A stretch of DNA of 64,000 nucleotides from Trueperaceae bacterium (GTDB taxonomy: Bacteria > Deinococcota > Deinococci > Deinococcales > Trueperaceae). Under the pieces are notes generated by a model. That model was not told where the DNA came from, ran no database searches, and saw nothing but the letters and a program-made list of their open reading frames with translations. This document shows positions 53,208-64,000 of this stretch, piece after piece. The stretch's first letter is position 1. Each line of letters starts with the position of its first letter. The DNA lies in the NCBI GenBank assembly GCA_965214405.1, contig OZ243956.1, positions 1,216,001 through 1,280,000 of the forward strand. The letters run 5' to 3'. The position numbers were made by a program, and so were the translations under genes.

Positions 53208-54260
53208 TTATTGGCGGGCACTGCTGCGATGCGGCGCCCGTGCAGGGAACGAGCGCAGGTCCGACGGAACCACCCGCGCCCGCAAGATGACCGGCCCGCC
53301 GACGGCCCGCTCGAGCCGCTCTTGAATCTCGGCGACGTTCGCCTCCCCCTCTCTCTCCGCGTAAATGTAAGCGGTAAAACTCACCACATACCCGTCTTCT
53401 GAAGAGGCGATGCCGATGCCGGTCAGCTCGAGGACCGACGGGTCCAAGCCCGCCGTCAAAATCCTTTCCACCGCCGCCTGACGGTTCGCCTCCCGAATCT
53501 GCAAGTACGAAACGTAACCCAAGGGCAGCGTCAGGACGAGAACGCCGAACACCGACCAGCGGAGGCTGCGCCGGAAGCTCGATAAACTCGCCTTGTTGAG
53601 AGGGCGGAAGCCCAGGAGCCAGAACACGGCGATACCCGCCAGAACGATGGACGCCAAGTTGGTGGCAAAAAGGAGCCCCGCCCCCTGTGATATGTCAAGG
53701 CGGCGCGCGCCCAGGCCGTAGCCCACCACACAGAGGGGCGGCACCAGCGCCACGGCGATGGCGACGCCCGGCAGGGACGCCGCCAGCTCTTTGCGGCACA
53801 GCGCGTAAGCCCCCGCCGCCCCGGACACGAGCGCGACCATGAGGTCGAGCAGATTGGGCTGGGCTCTCGCCAAAACTTCGGCGGTGGGCACCTTCGAGGA
53901 AATGAGAAACGCGAGCAGGGCCGACGTGCCCACGGCGGTAAGCACGCCCATTAGCGTCGAGAGCGCCGCGCGTCGGAAGAGGCGGGGGTAGCCCGTGACC
54001 AGCCCGAAGCCCATCGCCATCATGGGGCTCATCATTGGGGCGATGAGCATGGCCCCAATGACCACCGCGCTGCTGTTTTGCCTTAGCCCCAAAAAGGCGA
54101 TGCTCGAGGACAGCAGCATGAGCGCGTAGAAGTCGACCGTCGCCAAGGCACCCCCGCGCATCGCCTCGAGCGTTACGTTTTGCTCGTCTTGGTTGAGGGT
54201 CGGTGAAACCTCGTCCAGTTTGTTCCACAAGCGTCGGGGGACGCGCCGCAGACGTTTCAT
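53208..54260 (-). CDS. DUF389 / TIGR00341-family membrane protein
   Basis: AVVIGAMLIAP, EVLAR.QP and GVAIAVALVPPL; RBS AAGGAG before ATG 54260. Confidence 0.88.
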   Translation of the reverse strand: MKRLRRVPRRLWNKLDEVSPTLNQDEQNVTLEAMRGGALATVDFYALMLLSSSIAFLGLRQNSSAVVIGAMLIAPMMSPMMAMGFGLVTGYPRLFRRAALSTLMGVLTAVGTSALLAFLISSKVPTAEVLARAQPNLLDLMVALVSGAAGAYALCRKELAASLPGVAIAVALVPPLCVVGYGLGARRLDISQGAGLLFATNLASIVLAGIAVFWLLGFRPLNKASLSSFRRSLRWSVFGVLVLTLPLGYVSYLQIREANRQAAVERILTAGLDPSVLELTGIGIASSEDGYVVSFTAYIYAEREGEANVAEIQERLERAVGGPVILRARVVPSDLRSFPARAPHRSSARQ

Positions 54261-54424
54261 GATGTGCTCCTTCGCTAAGCCCTTCTGGTTTTTAGAGGTT
54301 GGCGATATGTCAAAGTCAGCACGCCACAGAGAGACGGGAAACGACGTGCTGGGCCACCTCAAATACTGACATACCTTTTTACCTCGAGGGCCGGGCGAAA
54401 GAAACTACCGTTGGCGCGCTCCCT

Positions 54425-55813
54425 TCAAAACCTGAAATCGGTTGACACGGCCAGACCGTAGGTGCTCCTCAACGAGGCCGGTGACCGGTAGGCGTGAAAG
54501 GCCGTGTCCAGGCCGAACCAGCCCCAGTTCGCGCCCGCGCCGAGCCCCCACTTCAGGCCGCCTTCCCAACCCACGCCGCTCCGCAAGGACAAGTTTCCGA
54601 CGAGCGCGGTGTGCAGGACGCCCTCTACGCCCAGAGCGGCGGAGGGCGCTCCGGTGAAGGCGTCGAGTTCCAAGTCCGCCGCAACGGTCAGGCTGTTGGC
54701 ATTGGAAAAATCTCGTTTGTATGCACCGTGTAGCAAAACGTTGAGGTGCGGGGCGAAAAAGAAGCGGCTCGCGGCTCGTTCTTGAAACTCGAGCGTGACA
54801 TCATCCGGCGCCTCGCTCGAGCCCTCGCCGACGAGGTCGGTTTCCCGCCCGCGCCAGTACGACAGGCTCAGGTCCTGCACGCTTACGCCCAGGACGACCT
54901 CGCGCGAGCCCCGCCCCGGCTCGAGGGGCAGCGGCAGCACGTCCACCAAACCCCAGTCGGTGGTGAGCCCGCCGCCAGCGCCGTTGACCGACACGATGCT
55001 CGAAAAGCTCGAGGCGTCGAGCCGAAAAGACGCCTCGAACTCACCCACATTGACCTCCAAGTCCGAGCTGTCGATGTCGGCGTCGATGTTGACCAGCCCC
55101 ACGAACGGGGCGGTACGGACGCCGACGTAACGTTTCGCGCCCGGTGGGTGACTGGGGATCACAGCCAGCTCGCGCGTGTAGAGCCAGTCGGCACTCACGC
55201 CCGCCGTCAGGTTGAGCCGCACGGTGTCCAGGCCGACGCTGATGGTTTTTCCGAAGCCGCCCTCGGGCTTGAACTGCACGTAGCTCCGCTCGAAAGGGTG
55301 AACCGCAAAGGTCTGCCCGCCTATCCTGAACGCGACGGGGAGGTCCAGCGACTGCTCCACGCCCCGCGACAAGCTCCGCAGGAACCCGGACAAGTCGCCC
55401 GTGTCGATGTCGAGCGAGAGTTCGGGCCGCCCGTCCTCGTCTAAGCCCGCCTCGAACGCGACGTCGATGTCCCCGCTCGCCGGGTTGAGCAGGTAGCTCT
55501 CGGGATGAAGCGCCGCGTCCAGCAGGTAAAGAACGTCCAAGTCTTCGCCAGAGAGGTTTGAAACGAGGCCGAACAAACCGAAGGGCACGTGGACGACGAC
55601 GGCCCGCGTGCTGAAGTCCCGGTGGGCCAGCGCGGGGTTGCCGAACATCGCTCCCTCGTCCGGCATCGTTACCCCGGCCAGGCCCAAGTCGCGGGCGGAC
55701 TGGGCCAGGACCGGTGCGAAGCCAAAGAGCAAGCTGGCGACGATGATAACGCTGATGACGACTTGCCCCTTTCGCGCTGGCGTCGGTAAGACTTCTTTAT
55801 TGTTGTTCCACAA
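54425..55813 (-). CDS. Secreted protein, probable outer-membrane beta-barrel
   Basis: Signal peptide, ARDLGLAG...GNPA (FadL/PorV-like start), LRSGVG and C-terminal FRF. Confidence 0.65.
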   Translation of the reverse strand: MWNNNKEVLPTPARKGQVVISVIIVASLLFGFAPVLAQSARDLGLAGVTMPDEGAMFGNPALAHRDFSTRAVVVHVPFGLFGLVSNLSGEDLDVLYLLDAALHPESYLLNPASGDIDVAFEAGLDEDGRPELSLDIDTGDLSGFLRSLSRGVEQSLDLPVAFRIGGQTFAVHPFERSYVQFKPEGGFGKTISVGLDTVRLNLTAGVSADWLYTRELAVIPSHPPGAKRYVGVRTAPFVGLVNIDADIDSSDLEVNVGEFEASFRLDASSFSSIVSVNGAGGGLTTDWGLVDVLPLPLEPGRGSREVVLGVSVQDLSLSYWRGRETDLVGEGSSEAPDDVTLEFQERAASRFFFAPHLNVLLHGAYKRDFSNANSLTVAADLELDAFTGAPSAALGVEGVLHTALVGNLSLRSGVGWEGGLKWGLGAGANWGWFGLDTAFHAYRSPASLRSTYGLAVSTDFRF

Positions 55814-55839
55814 ACGCTCGTTACCTACTTCCGCACCCG

Positions 55840-57705
55840 CTACTCCACCGTCACACTCTTGGCTAAATTACGCGGCTGGTCCACGTCGTGACCGAGGCGC
55901 TGGGCCGTCTCGAAAGCCAGAAGTTGCAGCGGCACCACGTTGACGAGCGGCGACACCAGTTCGTCGGTAGACGGCACGGTCATAACGAAGTCAGCGTGGT
56001 TATGGATTGCCTCGTCGCCTTTGTTGGCTAAAGCGATCACGACCCCGTCGCGCGCTCTCACCTCCTGCAAGTTGGATACCGTTTTGTCGTAAAGCGCGGA
56101 GGCCGTGGCGACCGCCACCACGGGCATGTTTTTGTCTATGAGCGCAATCGGGCCGTGTTTCATCTCGCCCGTGGCGTAGGCTTCGGCGTGGATGTAAGAG
56201 ATTTCCTTGAGTTTGAGCGCGCCCTCTAGGGCGGTAGGAAAGTTGATGCCCCGGCCCAAAAAGAGGTAGTCGCGGTGGTGTTTGAACCGCTCCGCGATGG
56301 CGGCTACCTCGTCGCGGTTTTCAAGCGCTTCCTCAACGAGTTTGGGTGTGCCCCGTAAGGCGCGGATGAGTTCGGCCGCTCGAGCGTCGCTTAAAACGCC
56401 GCGGCTGCGGCCCAGCCAAATACCTAAGAGTTCAAACGCGGCGACCATCGCCATGTAGGCCTTGGTACTCGCCACGCCAATCTCGGGGCCTGCGTGGATG
56501 TAGAGCACGTCGTCCGCCTCGCGGCTGATGGACGAGCCCTTGACGTTGAGGACGGCCAGGGTTTTGGCCCCCGCGCGTCTGGCCTCGCGCAGGGCCTCGA
56601 GCGTGTCAATCGTCTCCCCCGACTGCGACACCACCACGCAGAGGGTGCGGGCGTCCAGCACGGGCTCGCGGTAGCGGAACTCGGAGGCCACCTCGACCTC
56701 GACGGGGAGGCGCGCCAAACGCTCGATTAAGTATTCCCCGACCAGCCCCGCGTAAAAGGCCGTCCCGGCGGCGGTTATCACCACGCGGTCGATGGCGGTG
56801 GGCTCGAGCGAGAGGTCCAATGCTACGTCCGTCCCGTTGCCCGCGAAGCGGCCCCCAAAGGTGTTTTGCAAAACGGTGGGCTGTTCGTAGATTTCTTTGA
56901 GCATGTAGTGCGAGTAGCCGCCCTTTTCGGCCCCCTCGGCGTCCCAGTCGATGCTTGCGACCTCGCGCTTCCGCGGCGCGCCCGCAAAGTCGGTCACGCT
57001 CACGCCCTCTTTGGTAAGGAGCGCCACGTCGCCGTCGTGTAAGAAAACGACCTCGCGGGTGTAGGGCAAAAGCGCGGGCACGTCGCTGGCGACAAAGGTT
57101 TCACCCTGCCCGAGCCCGACGACCATCGGGCTCGTCGCGCGCGCCGCCACGATGAGGTCGTGCTCGGCGTGCGACACAACCACCGCGAACGCGCCCGTCA
57201 CCTCACGCAAGGCCGCGCGCACCGCTTCGGCCAAATCCGCTATACCGCCAGCTTCCCCCGCCCTGGCCTCGTAACAGTCCTCGATAAGATGCACCATCAC
57301 CTCGGTGTCGGTGTCGGACGAGAAGGTGTGACCGCGCGCCAGCAGCCGCTCTTTAAGCGCGAGGTAATTTTCGATGATGCCGTTGTGGATGACCGCCAGC
57401 TTGCCGTCTTCGGACAAGTGCGGGTGTGCGTTGGTGTCGTTCGGTTTGCCGTGGGTGGCCCAGCGGGTGTGACCCAGCCCGAGCGTGCCGCGTGGCGGGT
57501 TCGCCTCGACCGCATTTTTTAGATTCACAAGCTTGCCCGCCCTTTTGATGAGGTTGAGGGACGCTTGCCCCGCTTTTCCGTCAGCGCCCCCCGGCGAGAC
57601 GACCACCCCCGCCGAGTCGTAGCCGCGGTACTCGAGCCTCCTGAGCCCGTCCAAAATCACGTCCGTCGCCTGCCGGTGTCCTACATAACCCACAATGCCA
57701 CACAT
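55840..57705 (-). CDS. glmS: Glutamine--fructose-6-phosphate transaminase
   Basis: MCGIVG, EYRGYDSAG, HTRWATHG, SQSGET and PRNLAKSVTVE. Confidence 0.98.
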   Translation of the reverse strand: MCGIVGYVGHRQATDVILDGLRRLEYRGYDSAGVVVSPGGADGKAGQASLNLIKRAGKLVNLKNAVEANPPRGTLGLGHTRWATHGKPNDTNAHPHLSEDGKLAVIHNGIIENYLALKERLLARGHTFSSDTDTEVMVHLIEDCYEARAGEAGGIADLAEAVRAALREVTGAFAVVVSHAEHDLIVAARATSPMVVGLGQGETFVASDVPALLPYTREVVFLHDGDVALLTKEGVSVTDFAGAPRKREVASIDWDAEGAEKGGYSHYMLKEIYEQPTVLQNTFGGRFAGNGTDVALDLSLEPTAIDRVVITAAGTAFYAGLVGEYLIERLARLPVEVEVASEFRYREPVLDARTLCVVVSQSGETIDTLEALREARRAGAKTLAVLNVKGSSISREADDVLYIHAGPEIGVASTKAYMAMVAAFELLGIWLGRSRGVLSDARAAELIRALRGTPKLVEEALENRDEVAAIAERFKHHRDYLFLGRGINFPTALEGALKLKEISYIHAEAYATGEMKHGPIALIDKNMPVVAVATASALYDKTVSNLQEVRARDGVVIALANKGDEAIHNHADFVMTVPSTDELVSPLVNVVPLQLLAFETAQRLGHDVDQPRNLAKSVTVE

Positions 57706-57831
57706 AAAATTCCCTTTCGCGTTTGGGTAGCGCTGTGGTGCGTTCTTATCACAGCGCTACGACCCGCCTTGGTTGGCGTCAAAACTTTTGTGCTGTTTTT
57801 GGTATTTCGTATGTGTGGGGGGTAAGCCCGG

Positions 57832-58053
57832 TGAACCTTTACTATGGCTCGAGTGAGAGGTTCAGTCTCAGGAGGGGCCCGCAGACTTGTGCGCCTTATT
57901 TCTGCCAACCAGGACGCGCTCGCATTTTCCGCTCGTTAAAGAGCGTTATCTCCGGGGCGATGCCCGGAGCCCTCCGCCTCGTCACCTCAATGCGTTAGTT
58001 TGCCCGCAGTCCAGAAACTGCCAACGACCCATCACGCATCCAGGGCTTGCGCT
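57832..58053 (-). ncRNA. glmS ribozyme (GlcN6P-activated), variant architecture
   Basis: AGCGCA cleavage motif, UGACGAGG, P2 GGAGGG/CCCUCC, P2.2 partner UGCG, P3 UGAGA/UCUCA, P3.1 UGAACC/GGUUCA; lies upstream of glmS. Confidence 0.85.
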
Positions 58054-58073
58054 TTCTCGAGAATATTCTTTCC

Positions 58074-58622
58074 CTAGCCTCCCTCTCGGCTTTGCTGCTG
58101 ACTTTCCCAGGGTCTGCCGACGACGAAAAAGCCGTGGAGACGCGCCAGCACGCTGCGCTGCTCCGGAGGGACGAGTCCCTGGCGCTCGAGCAGCGGATAG
58201 AGCAAGATATCACGACCAAGTTCGCCAAAGGTAGAATGTGCCACCGCCGCGCCGCCCAGAGGAAGCGTGCGCGGCGGATAAACGATGCGGTTGTTGAGGT
58301 CGCGCCCGATAGGGAGCGCCGTAACGAGGGCTAAAACCAGGGTAAGGCTGAGTAAAAAGCCGCCCAGCCCCCCCAAGAGAGAACCCGTAACGTTCCCGAG
58401 ATACCATTTATGCCCGTAAAAGCGCAGCACGAAACCGAGCCCGAGTCCCAAGAGAAGCGCGAGCACGAGCGCAACGGGCGCACTTATTTGAGCGAGGAGC
58501 AAAAGGGGCCTGAACAAGAGTACGCCCCCAAAACCGATGACCAAACCCGGCAGCCTGCGCTGCGCCGCGAGCGCGGTTACGGCGGCGATGATGAGGATAA
58601 AAATGAGGTCGACCCAGTTCAT
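58074..58622 (-). CDS. Membrane protein (CvpA-like)
   Basis: MNWVDLI start, multiple TMs and LLGGLGG; RBS AGGAG. Confidence 0.75.
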   Translation of the reverse strand: MNWVDLIFILIIAAVTALAAQRRLPGLVIGFGGVLLFRPLLLLAQISAPVALVLALLLGLGLGFVLRFYGHKWYLGNVTGSLLGGLGGFLLSLTLVLALVTALPIGRDLNNRIVYPPRTLPLGGAAVAHSTFGELGRDILLYPLLERQGLVPPEQRSVLARLHGFFVVGRPWESQQQSREGG

Positions 58623-58689
58623 GGTGCTCCTAATTCATGGTGCTCCTACGGATGCGTCCGGGCGTCTTTCCGGAGGCTTTGCGCCTCCC

Positions 58690-61062
58690 TTAGCGGTCGC
58701 GGATAGTGTAGCCCGCACCCTTGAACGCGGCGATAACATTCCTCATAAAGCCGTCCACCTCCTCGTCGCGGAGCGCCCGCTCGGGGTGCCTGAAGCGGAG
58801 CCGCAGGGCGACGCTGCGCTCTCCCGCGGGTACGGGCGCGCCCTCGTAGATATCAAAAGGCGTCACGGTTTCTAAGCGTTTGCCGCCAGCGGCGCGGGCG
58901 GTTTCTGAGAGCGCCGCGTACGTCACGCGTTTGGGCGCGACGACGGCCAAGTCCCTTTCGGCGTAAGGTTGACGCGCGTAGTCCTGGAAAGCGATTCTTT
59001 CCGCCGCCAAGGGCAAACGCAACTCAGCCAGATAGGTCTCAGGCAACTCGAACGCTGCGGCCACGGCGGGATGCAAGCGGCCCGCCCAGCCGACGGGCTC
59101 CCCCGCCCACAGCACCGTCGCGCTTACGCCGGGGTGTAGGGGGGGGTGGGAGTGGGGGAGGAGCTTTACCTCAACACCCAACGTCGCCGCGAGACCTTCT
59201 AGTTCACCCTTGAACGCGTAAAAGTCGAGGGGCTGAGCCGCTTGCCAGCCGCCGCCCCCACGCGGCCCACGCGCGATGAGCCCCAAGCGCTCCTCTTCTT
59301 GCGCGCCAAACACCCGGCCGATTTCGAACAGCGCCAGCCGCTCCGCCGCGCGGTTTGCCGCCGCGGCACCTAAGAGGCCCGGATAGAGCGCGGTACGAAG
59401 CACGCTCCGCTCGGCGCTCGGCGGGCTCTCGAGCCGCACCGCCGCCCCCGGCGCGCGGGCACGCCCCAACTGCTCATCGCTGGTAAACACGTAGGTGATG
59501 GTTTCCTGCCAGCCCATCCCCGCGAGCAGGTTGCGCAGCCCGCGGTGGGTCGCGTCCGTAGGCGGGGGGACGAAGTGCATCGCCGGGACCGTGACGGGGA
59601 TGTGGTCGTAGCCGTACATGCGCGACACTTCTTCGATTAAATCTTCCTCAAAAGCGAGGTCGAAGCGCCAACTGGGCACCGTCACGCGCCAGTCGTCTTC
59701 TCCTGTGCGCTCGAGTTGGCAGCCCAGAGCTTCCAAATAACACGCCTGCATCTCCGAGGGAACGTCCATCGCCATAAGAAGCGCGACGCGTGAGGGGTGA
59801 AACGCGATTTTTTTAAGAGGCGCGTCGCCACCCACTTCCGTTATGCCCGGATGCACGCGGCCCCCCGCAAGCGCCGCGATGAGGTGCGCGGCCCTTGCCG
59901 AGGCTTTAGGCGGCAGGTTGGGGTCCACCCCGCGCTCGTAGCGGTAGCTCGCGTCGGTGCTCTGGCCGAGTCTTTTGGCGGTTTTGCGGATGGTGACGGG
60001 GTCGAAATGGGCAACCTCTAAAGCCACGCTTTTGGTCGCGGGGTTCACGCTGTGGTGGAGCCCGCCAATCACGCCCGCCACGCCGATGGGCCTGGTTTCA
60101 TTGTTGTTTTCACCTTTGGCGTCTCCCTCAGCATCGCGCGGCATGGTGATGAGGAGGTCGTCGCTGCCAAACGTCAGCTCTTCTTCGTTAAGGGCCGCCA
60201 GCGTCTCGCCCGCGCGCGCGCGGCGTACGACGATGGTGTGCTTGTTGAGCCCGTCTAAGTCGTAGGCGTGCGAGGGCTGACCCAATTCATAGGTGACGTA
60301 GTTGGTCACGTCCACGACGTTGTTGCGCGGTCTCAAGCCAAGCGCCGCCAACCGGCGGAGGAGCCACACGGGGCTCGGGCCGACCGTCACGCCCTCGAGG
60401 CGCTGAAGCGTAAAGCGCGGGCAGGCCGCCTCGTCCCAAACCTCCACCGTCAACCCATCGTCAAGTGCGGGGTCGGCGAGGGGCGCGTCCGCCGCGGGAT
60501 GTTTATAGGGCACACCCAGCTTTGCGGCCAGGTCGCGGGCCACGCCGAGGATTGAAAAGGCGTCGGCGCGGTTGGGGGTGATTTCCAACTCCAACACCAC
60601 CTCCTCTGGCCACAAGTCTTGAAGTTCCGCGCCCAAAGCTGCGTCCGCGCCAAACGCGATGAGCCCGCCCGCGTAGTCGTAGAGCCCGAGTTCTCTGGGG
60701 GAACAAAGCACGCCGTTACTCTCGACGCCCATAAAGTCGCGTTTCGTCACGTGCAGCCCCACCGCCGGAAGCTCCGCGCCGGGTTTGGCGAGCGCGGTAC
60801 GCATCCCCACCCTGGTGTTGGGTGCGCCCGTAACCACGCTGGTCGTTTCGCGCCCGTCCGTCACCACCGCGCGCAGAAGATGCTCGGAACCATCTATGGG
60901 CGAGACTTCTATAACTTCCACCACAACCACGCCGGGCGGCGCGGCGGGCAGGGTCTCCACCCCCTCCACCCCCAGCCCGATGTCCGCCAGCAACTCGGCG
61001 GTTTCGGCAACGGGCGGCAGGTCGGGCAGGAGTTCGTTGAGCCAACCGTAAGGAACTTTCAC
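58690..61062 (-). CDS. pheT: Phenylalanyl-tRNA synthetase beta subunit
   Basis: KVPYGWL, TPNRAD, NNVVDVTNYV, RYERGVD and VPSWRFD; start at GTG 61062. Confidence 0.96.
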   Translation of the reverse strand: MKVPYGWLNELLPDLPPVAETAELLADIGLGVEGVETLPAAPPGVVVVEVIEVSPIDGSEHLLRAVVTDGRETTSVVTGAPNTRVGMRTALAKPGAELPAVGLHVTKRDFMGVESNGVLCSPRELGLYDYAGGLIAFGADAALGAELQDLWPEEVVLELEITPNRADAFSILGVARDLAAKLGVPYKHPAADAPLADPALDDGLTVEVWDEAACPRFTLQRLEGVTVGPSPVWLLRRLAALGLRPRNNVVDVTNYVTYELGQPSHAYDLDGLNKHTIVVRRARAGETLAALNEEELTFGSDDLLITMPRDAEGDAKGENNNETRPIGVAGVIGGLHHSVNPATKSVALEVAHFDPVTIRKTAKRLGQSTDASYRYERGVDPNLPPKASARAAHLIAALAGGRVHPGITEVGGDAPLKKIAFHPSRVALLMAMDVPSEMQACYLEALGCQLERTGEDDWRVTVPSWRFDLAFEEDLIEEVSRMYGYDHIPVTVPAMHFVPPPTDATHRGLRNLLAGMGWQETITYVFTSDEQLGRARAPGAAVRLESPPSAERSVLRTALYPGLLGAAAANRAAERLALFEIGRVFGAQEEERLGLIARGPRGGGGWQAAQPLDFYAFKGELEGLAATLGVEVKLLPHSHPPLHPGVSATVLWAGEPVGWAGRLHPAVAAAFELPETYLAELRLPLAAERIAFQDYARQPYAERDLAVVAPKRVTYAALSETARAAGGKRLETVTPFDIYEGAPVPAGERSVALRLRFRHPERALRDEEVDGFMRNVIAAFKGAGYTIRDR

Positions 61063-61141
61063 CGGAGACCTCTTAGATAAGAGCTTGAGTAAGAACTTAG
61101 GTGAAAAATGCTCATGTGGATTAAACCGCCTCGTCTCGCCT

Positions 61142-62221
<1,080 letters not shown>

Positions 62222-62254
62222 CTAGTAAGTAAAGGGCGAAGCTAGGCGCTTCAT
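62222..62254 (-). CDS. Putative pheS leader peptide MKRLASPFTY
   Basis: ATG 6 nt after TACAAT; 10 codons including Phe; followed by a hairpin and a terminator. Confidence 0.6.
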   Translation of the reverse strand: MKRLASPFTY

Positions 62255-62556
62255 ACGGAGATTGTAGCCCGCGCCCCGCCCTCTGTCAATCCAGACCGTC
62301 AACTCCGCTAGTACCAGGCCAATTTGGATATGTACAGCGCGAGAACGCCCACAAAGCACATAAAGCTGTCGTTGGATAAAACAAGTTCTTGAATACAAAC
62401 GAGTATGCAGTGTGAACTCGAGCCCTCACGCGCGTCAGGGACAGCTTAAGAGAGGCCCTGTGAAGTTGTGTACAAAAGTTGTGATATACAGCCAAGCTTT
62501 TCATCTTCCATCGGCTAAGCTAGGGGTCTCTTAGGGGACAGGGGGAAAGGAGCATC

Positions 62557-62862
62557 ATGAACGGAAAACGTTATATCGTCGAACTCGCGTCCGAGGCGCA
62601 GCTCTCCAGGGTGCCGCTCGAGCAGCTCGAGCTCGCCACCCGCGTGATGGGCGAGAGCGGAGCTTACCTGCTCGTCTACCGGGACAATTTCGTCGCTTAC
62701 AAAGTCGCCTCTATGGCGGGAGGTCGCGTTGTCACGGGTTACGCCGTGAGCGCTCAGGACGTTCAGGTCAAGGGTCACAAGGTGCCGCGCCTGGATAACG
62801 GCCTGTTTTTGCGGCTCGAGCCGTCTTTGGTAGGCGAAACGCGCGGGATTGTTTCCGCGTAG
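62557..62862 (+). CDS. Hypothetical protein
   Basis: RBS AAGGAG, typical codon usage and its own terminator. Confidence 0.75.
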   Translation: MNGKRYIVELASEAQLSRVPLEQLELATRVMGESGAYLLVYRDNFVAYKVASMAGGRVVTGYAVSAQDVQVKGHKVPRLDNGLFLRLEPSLVGETRGIVSA

Positions 62863-62893
62863 ATTCCTGTGTAAAGGGACGGTGCAGCGTGTT

Positions 62894-62921
62894 AGGGAGA
62901 GGGTCAACCTCTCCCTTTTTT
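62894..62921 (+). terminator. Intrinsic terminator
   Basis: AGGGAGAGG-GTCAA-CCTCTCCCT followed by a T tract. Confidence 0.8.
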
Positions 62922-62939
62922 GTTTTGACGATGCGCGGC

Positions 62940-63500
62940 TCAGGGCGTCTCACCAGAAAATACGTCGCAGAACCAGCGCCCGCCGTAGGGCAGGGCGTCG
63001 TAAAAGAGATCTCTTAAGACCTTCGCGTCACCCCATGCACGGGCCGCCTCTTCGCTCTCAAAAGGTCCCACCATCACGCTTAGCGGCGCGCGCCACGCGT
63101 CAGGTGGGGTAGGAAGCCCGAACTCGCGGCGCGTTCCTCTAGAATCACTCACCACGCGGTAGTAGGCGAACACCTCGCGGAACTCGGGGCGCTGGATAGT
63201 CTTTTCGAACGCGTCGTCCAACGTTTTCAAGTCGTCGTCTTCCAAGGGCGGAAACGCGAGCAGGCCCAGCGTTCCGTTCCCGTCGGGGGGCAGATCGAAC
63301 GCCTGGTGGTCGGGAAAATGCGTGAACAGCGTGTCTCCCGCCGCGCCCAGCAGGGGGGGCGACACCCTCAGCAGGTGCTGCGCGTTAAGCATGGCGTAGG
63401 CGGTCGGGTCGTCATACTTAAGCGCTTCTAGGTCTATACCCGCTGCTTCTGCGCGTTTCTTTACGACCTCGCTCGGGGAGTGTTTGGAAGCGTCTATCAT
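62940..63500 (-). CDS. Hypothetical protein
   Basis: 186-aa ORF; ATG 5 nt after TAGACT. Confidence 0.75.
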   Translation of the reverse strand: MIDASKHSPSEVVKKRAEAAGIDLEALKYDDPTAYAMLNAQHLLRVSPPLLGAAGDTLFTHFPDHQAFDLPPDGNGTLGLLAFPPLEDDDLKTLDDAFEKTIQRPEFREVFAYYRVVSDSRGTRREFGLPTPPDAWRAPLSVMVGPFESEEAARAWGDAKVLRDLFYDALPYGGRWFCDVFSGETP

Positions 63501-63818
63501 AGGAGAGTCTACCGCGTGAAGTTTTTGAGGGTGGTTCTTAAAAGTTGGTCAGGGGCTCGAGGGGGCTTGTTTAGCTCGAGGGGTAACGTCTACCCGTACA
63601 AAACCGCCAATGGCGCTATAGCGCTTTTTTATCCGCACGGCACCTATAGGCGCAGCCATCATCTCCCTAACTACGTGCTGCACGCCAACTTGTACACGAA
63701 GCCTCTCCAACCAAGGGACGCTCGACTACCTGAAGATGAAGGTACGGTGACGCAAGCTGTAACTTCTTAACACCTCTTCAAAATTCTTTCTGTTAGGCTC
63801 ACGCATGAAGGGAGTTTT

Positions 63819-64000
63819 ATGAAACTTTGGCAGCACATCCTATCCAAAACCCTCCTGAGTATGGTCGCGGTGGCCGCGGTGGCAACAGCCAGCGCCCAAG
63901 GCAATGAAGACAATGTAGTCATCAGCCCGCAGTCGATTGTCGTCAACCCCTCACCCTCTTTTGACGTGCAGGTATTCACCGACAAAGACACCTCGGGGGA
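63819..64000 (+). CDS. Secreted S-layer-associated (DUF4384/PEGA-type) protein, 5' part only
   Basis: Not in the ORF track: signal peptide ...ATASA|Q then ISPQSIVVNP..FDVQVFTDK; RBS GGAG. Confidence 0.75.
   Translation, partial: MKLWQHILSKTLLSMVAVAAVATASAQGNEDNVVISPQSIVVNPSPSFDVQVFTDKDTSG

Overview
GC-rich bacterial chromosome segment, most likely Deinococcota (Truepera-like). The assignment rests on amylosucrase, a desiccation-type ferritin-like protein, an 'ISPQSIVVNP' S-layer-type protein, Thermus-like CsoR boxes and many leaderless genes. The core genes are tatAC, chorismate mutase/DAHP synthase, purEK, sua5, ppa, aroH, rpmB, argF-argC-argJ, the hut genes, glmS and pheST. A decaying mosaic accessory island (~29.8-45 kb) begins by cutting a cobalamin-riboswitch-controlled btuF-like gene. 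It carries an intact PLD-nuclease/SF2-helicase gene (candidate defence factor), an IS3 remnant with two tiny in-frame insertions, a partly pseudogenised copper locus, a phage-like HTH switch and a coupled DUF4105/membrane/hydrolase operon. Non-coding signals missing from the ORF track include an unusual glmS ribozyme, a leaderless leader-peptide attenuator before pheS, a compact cobalamin riboswitch, paired HutC and CsoR operators, a complete ISKra4-like element with a 9-bp target duplication, and heptamer-repeat hairpins. Across the window CTCGAG is strongly in excess and GATC is depleted. No rRNA, tRNA or CRISPR array was seen. All counts are manual and family calls come from motif recognition, not database searches.
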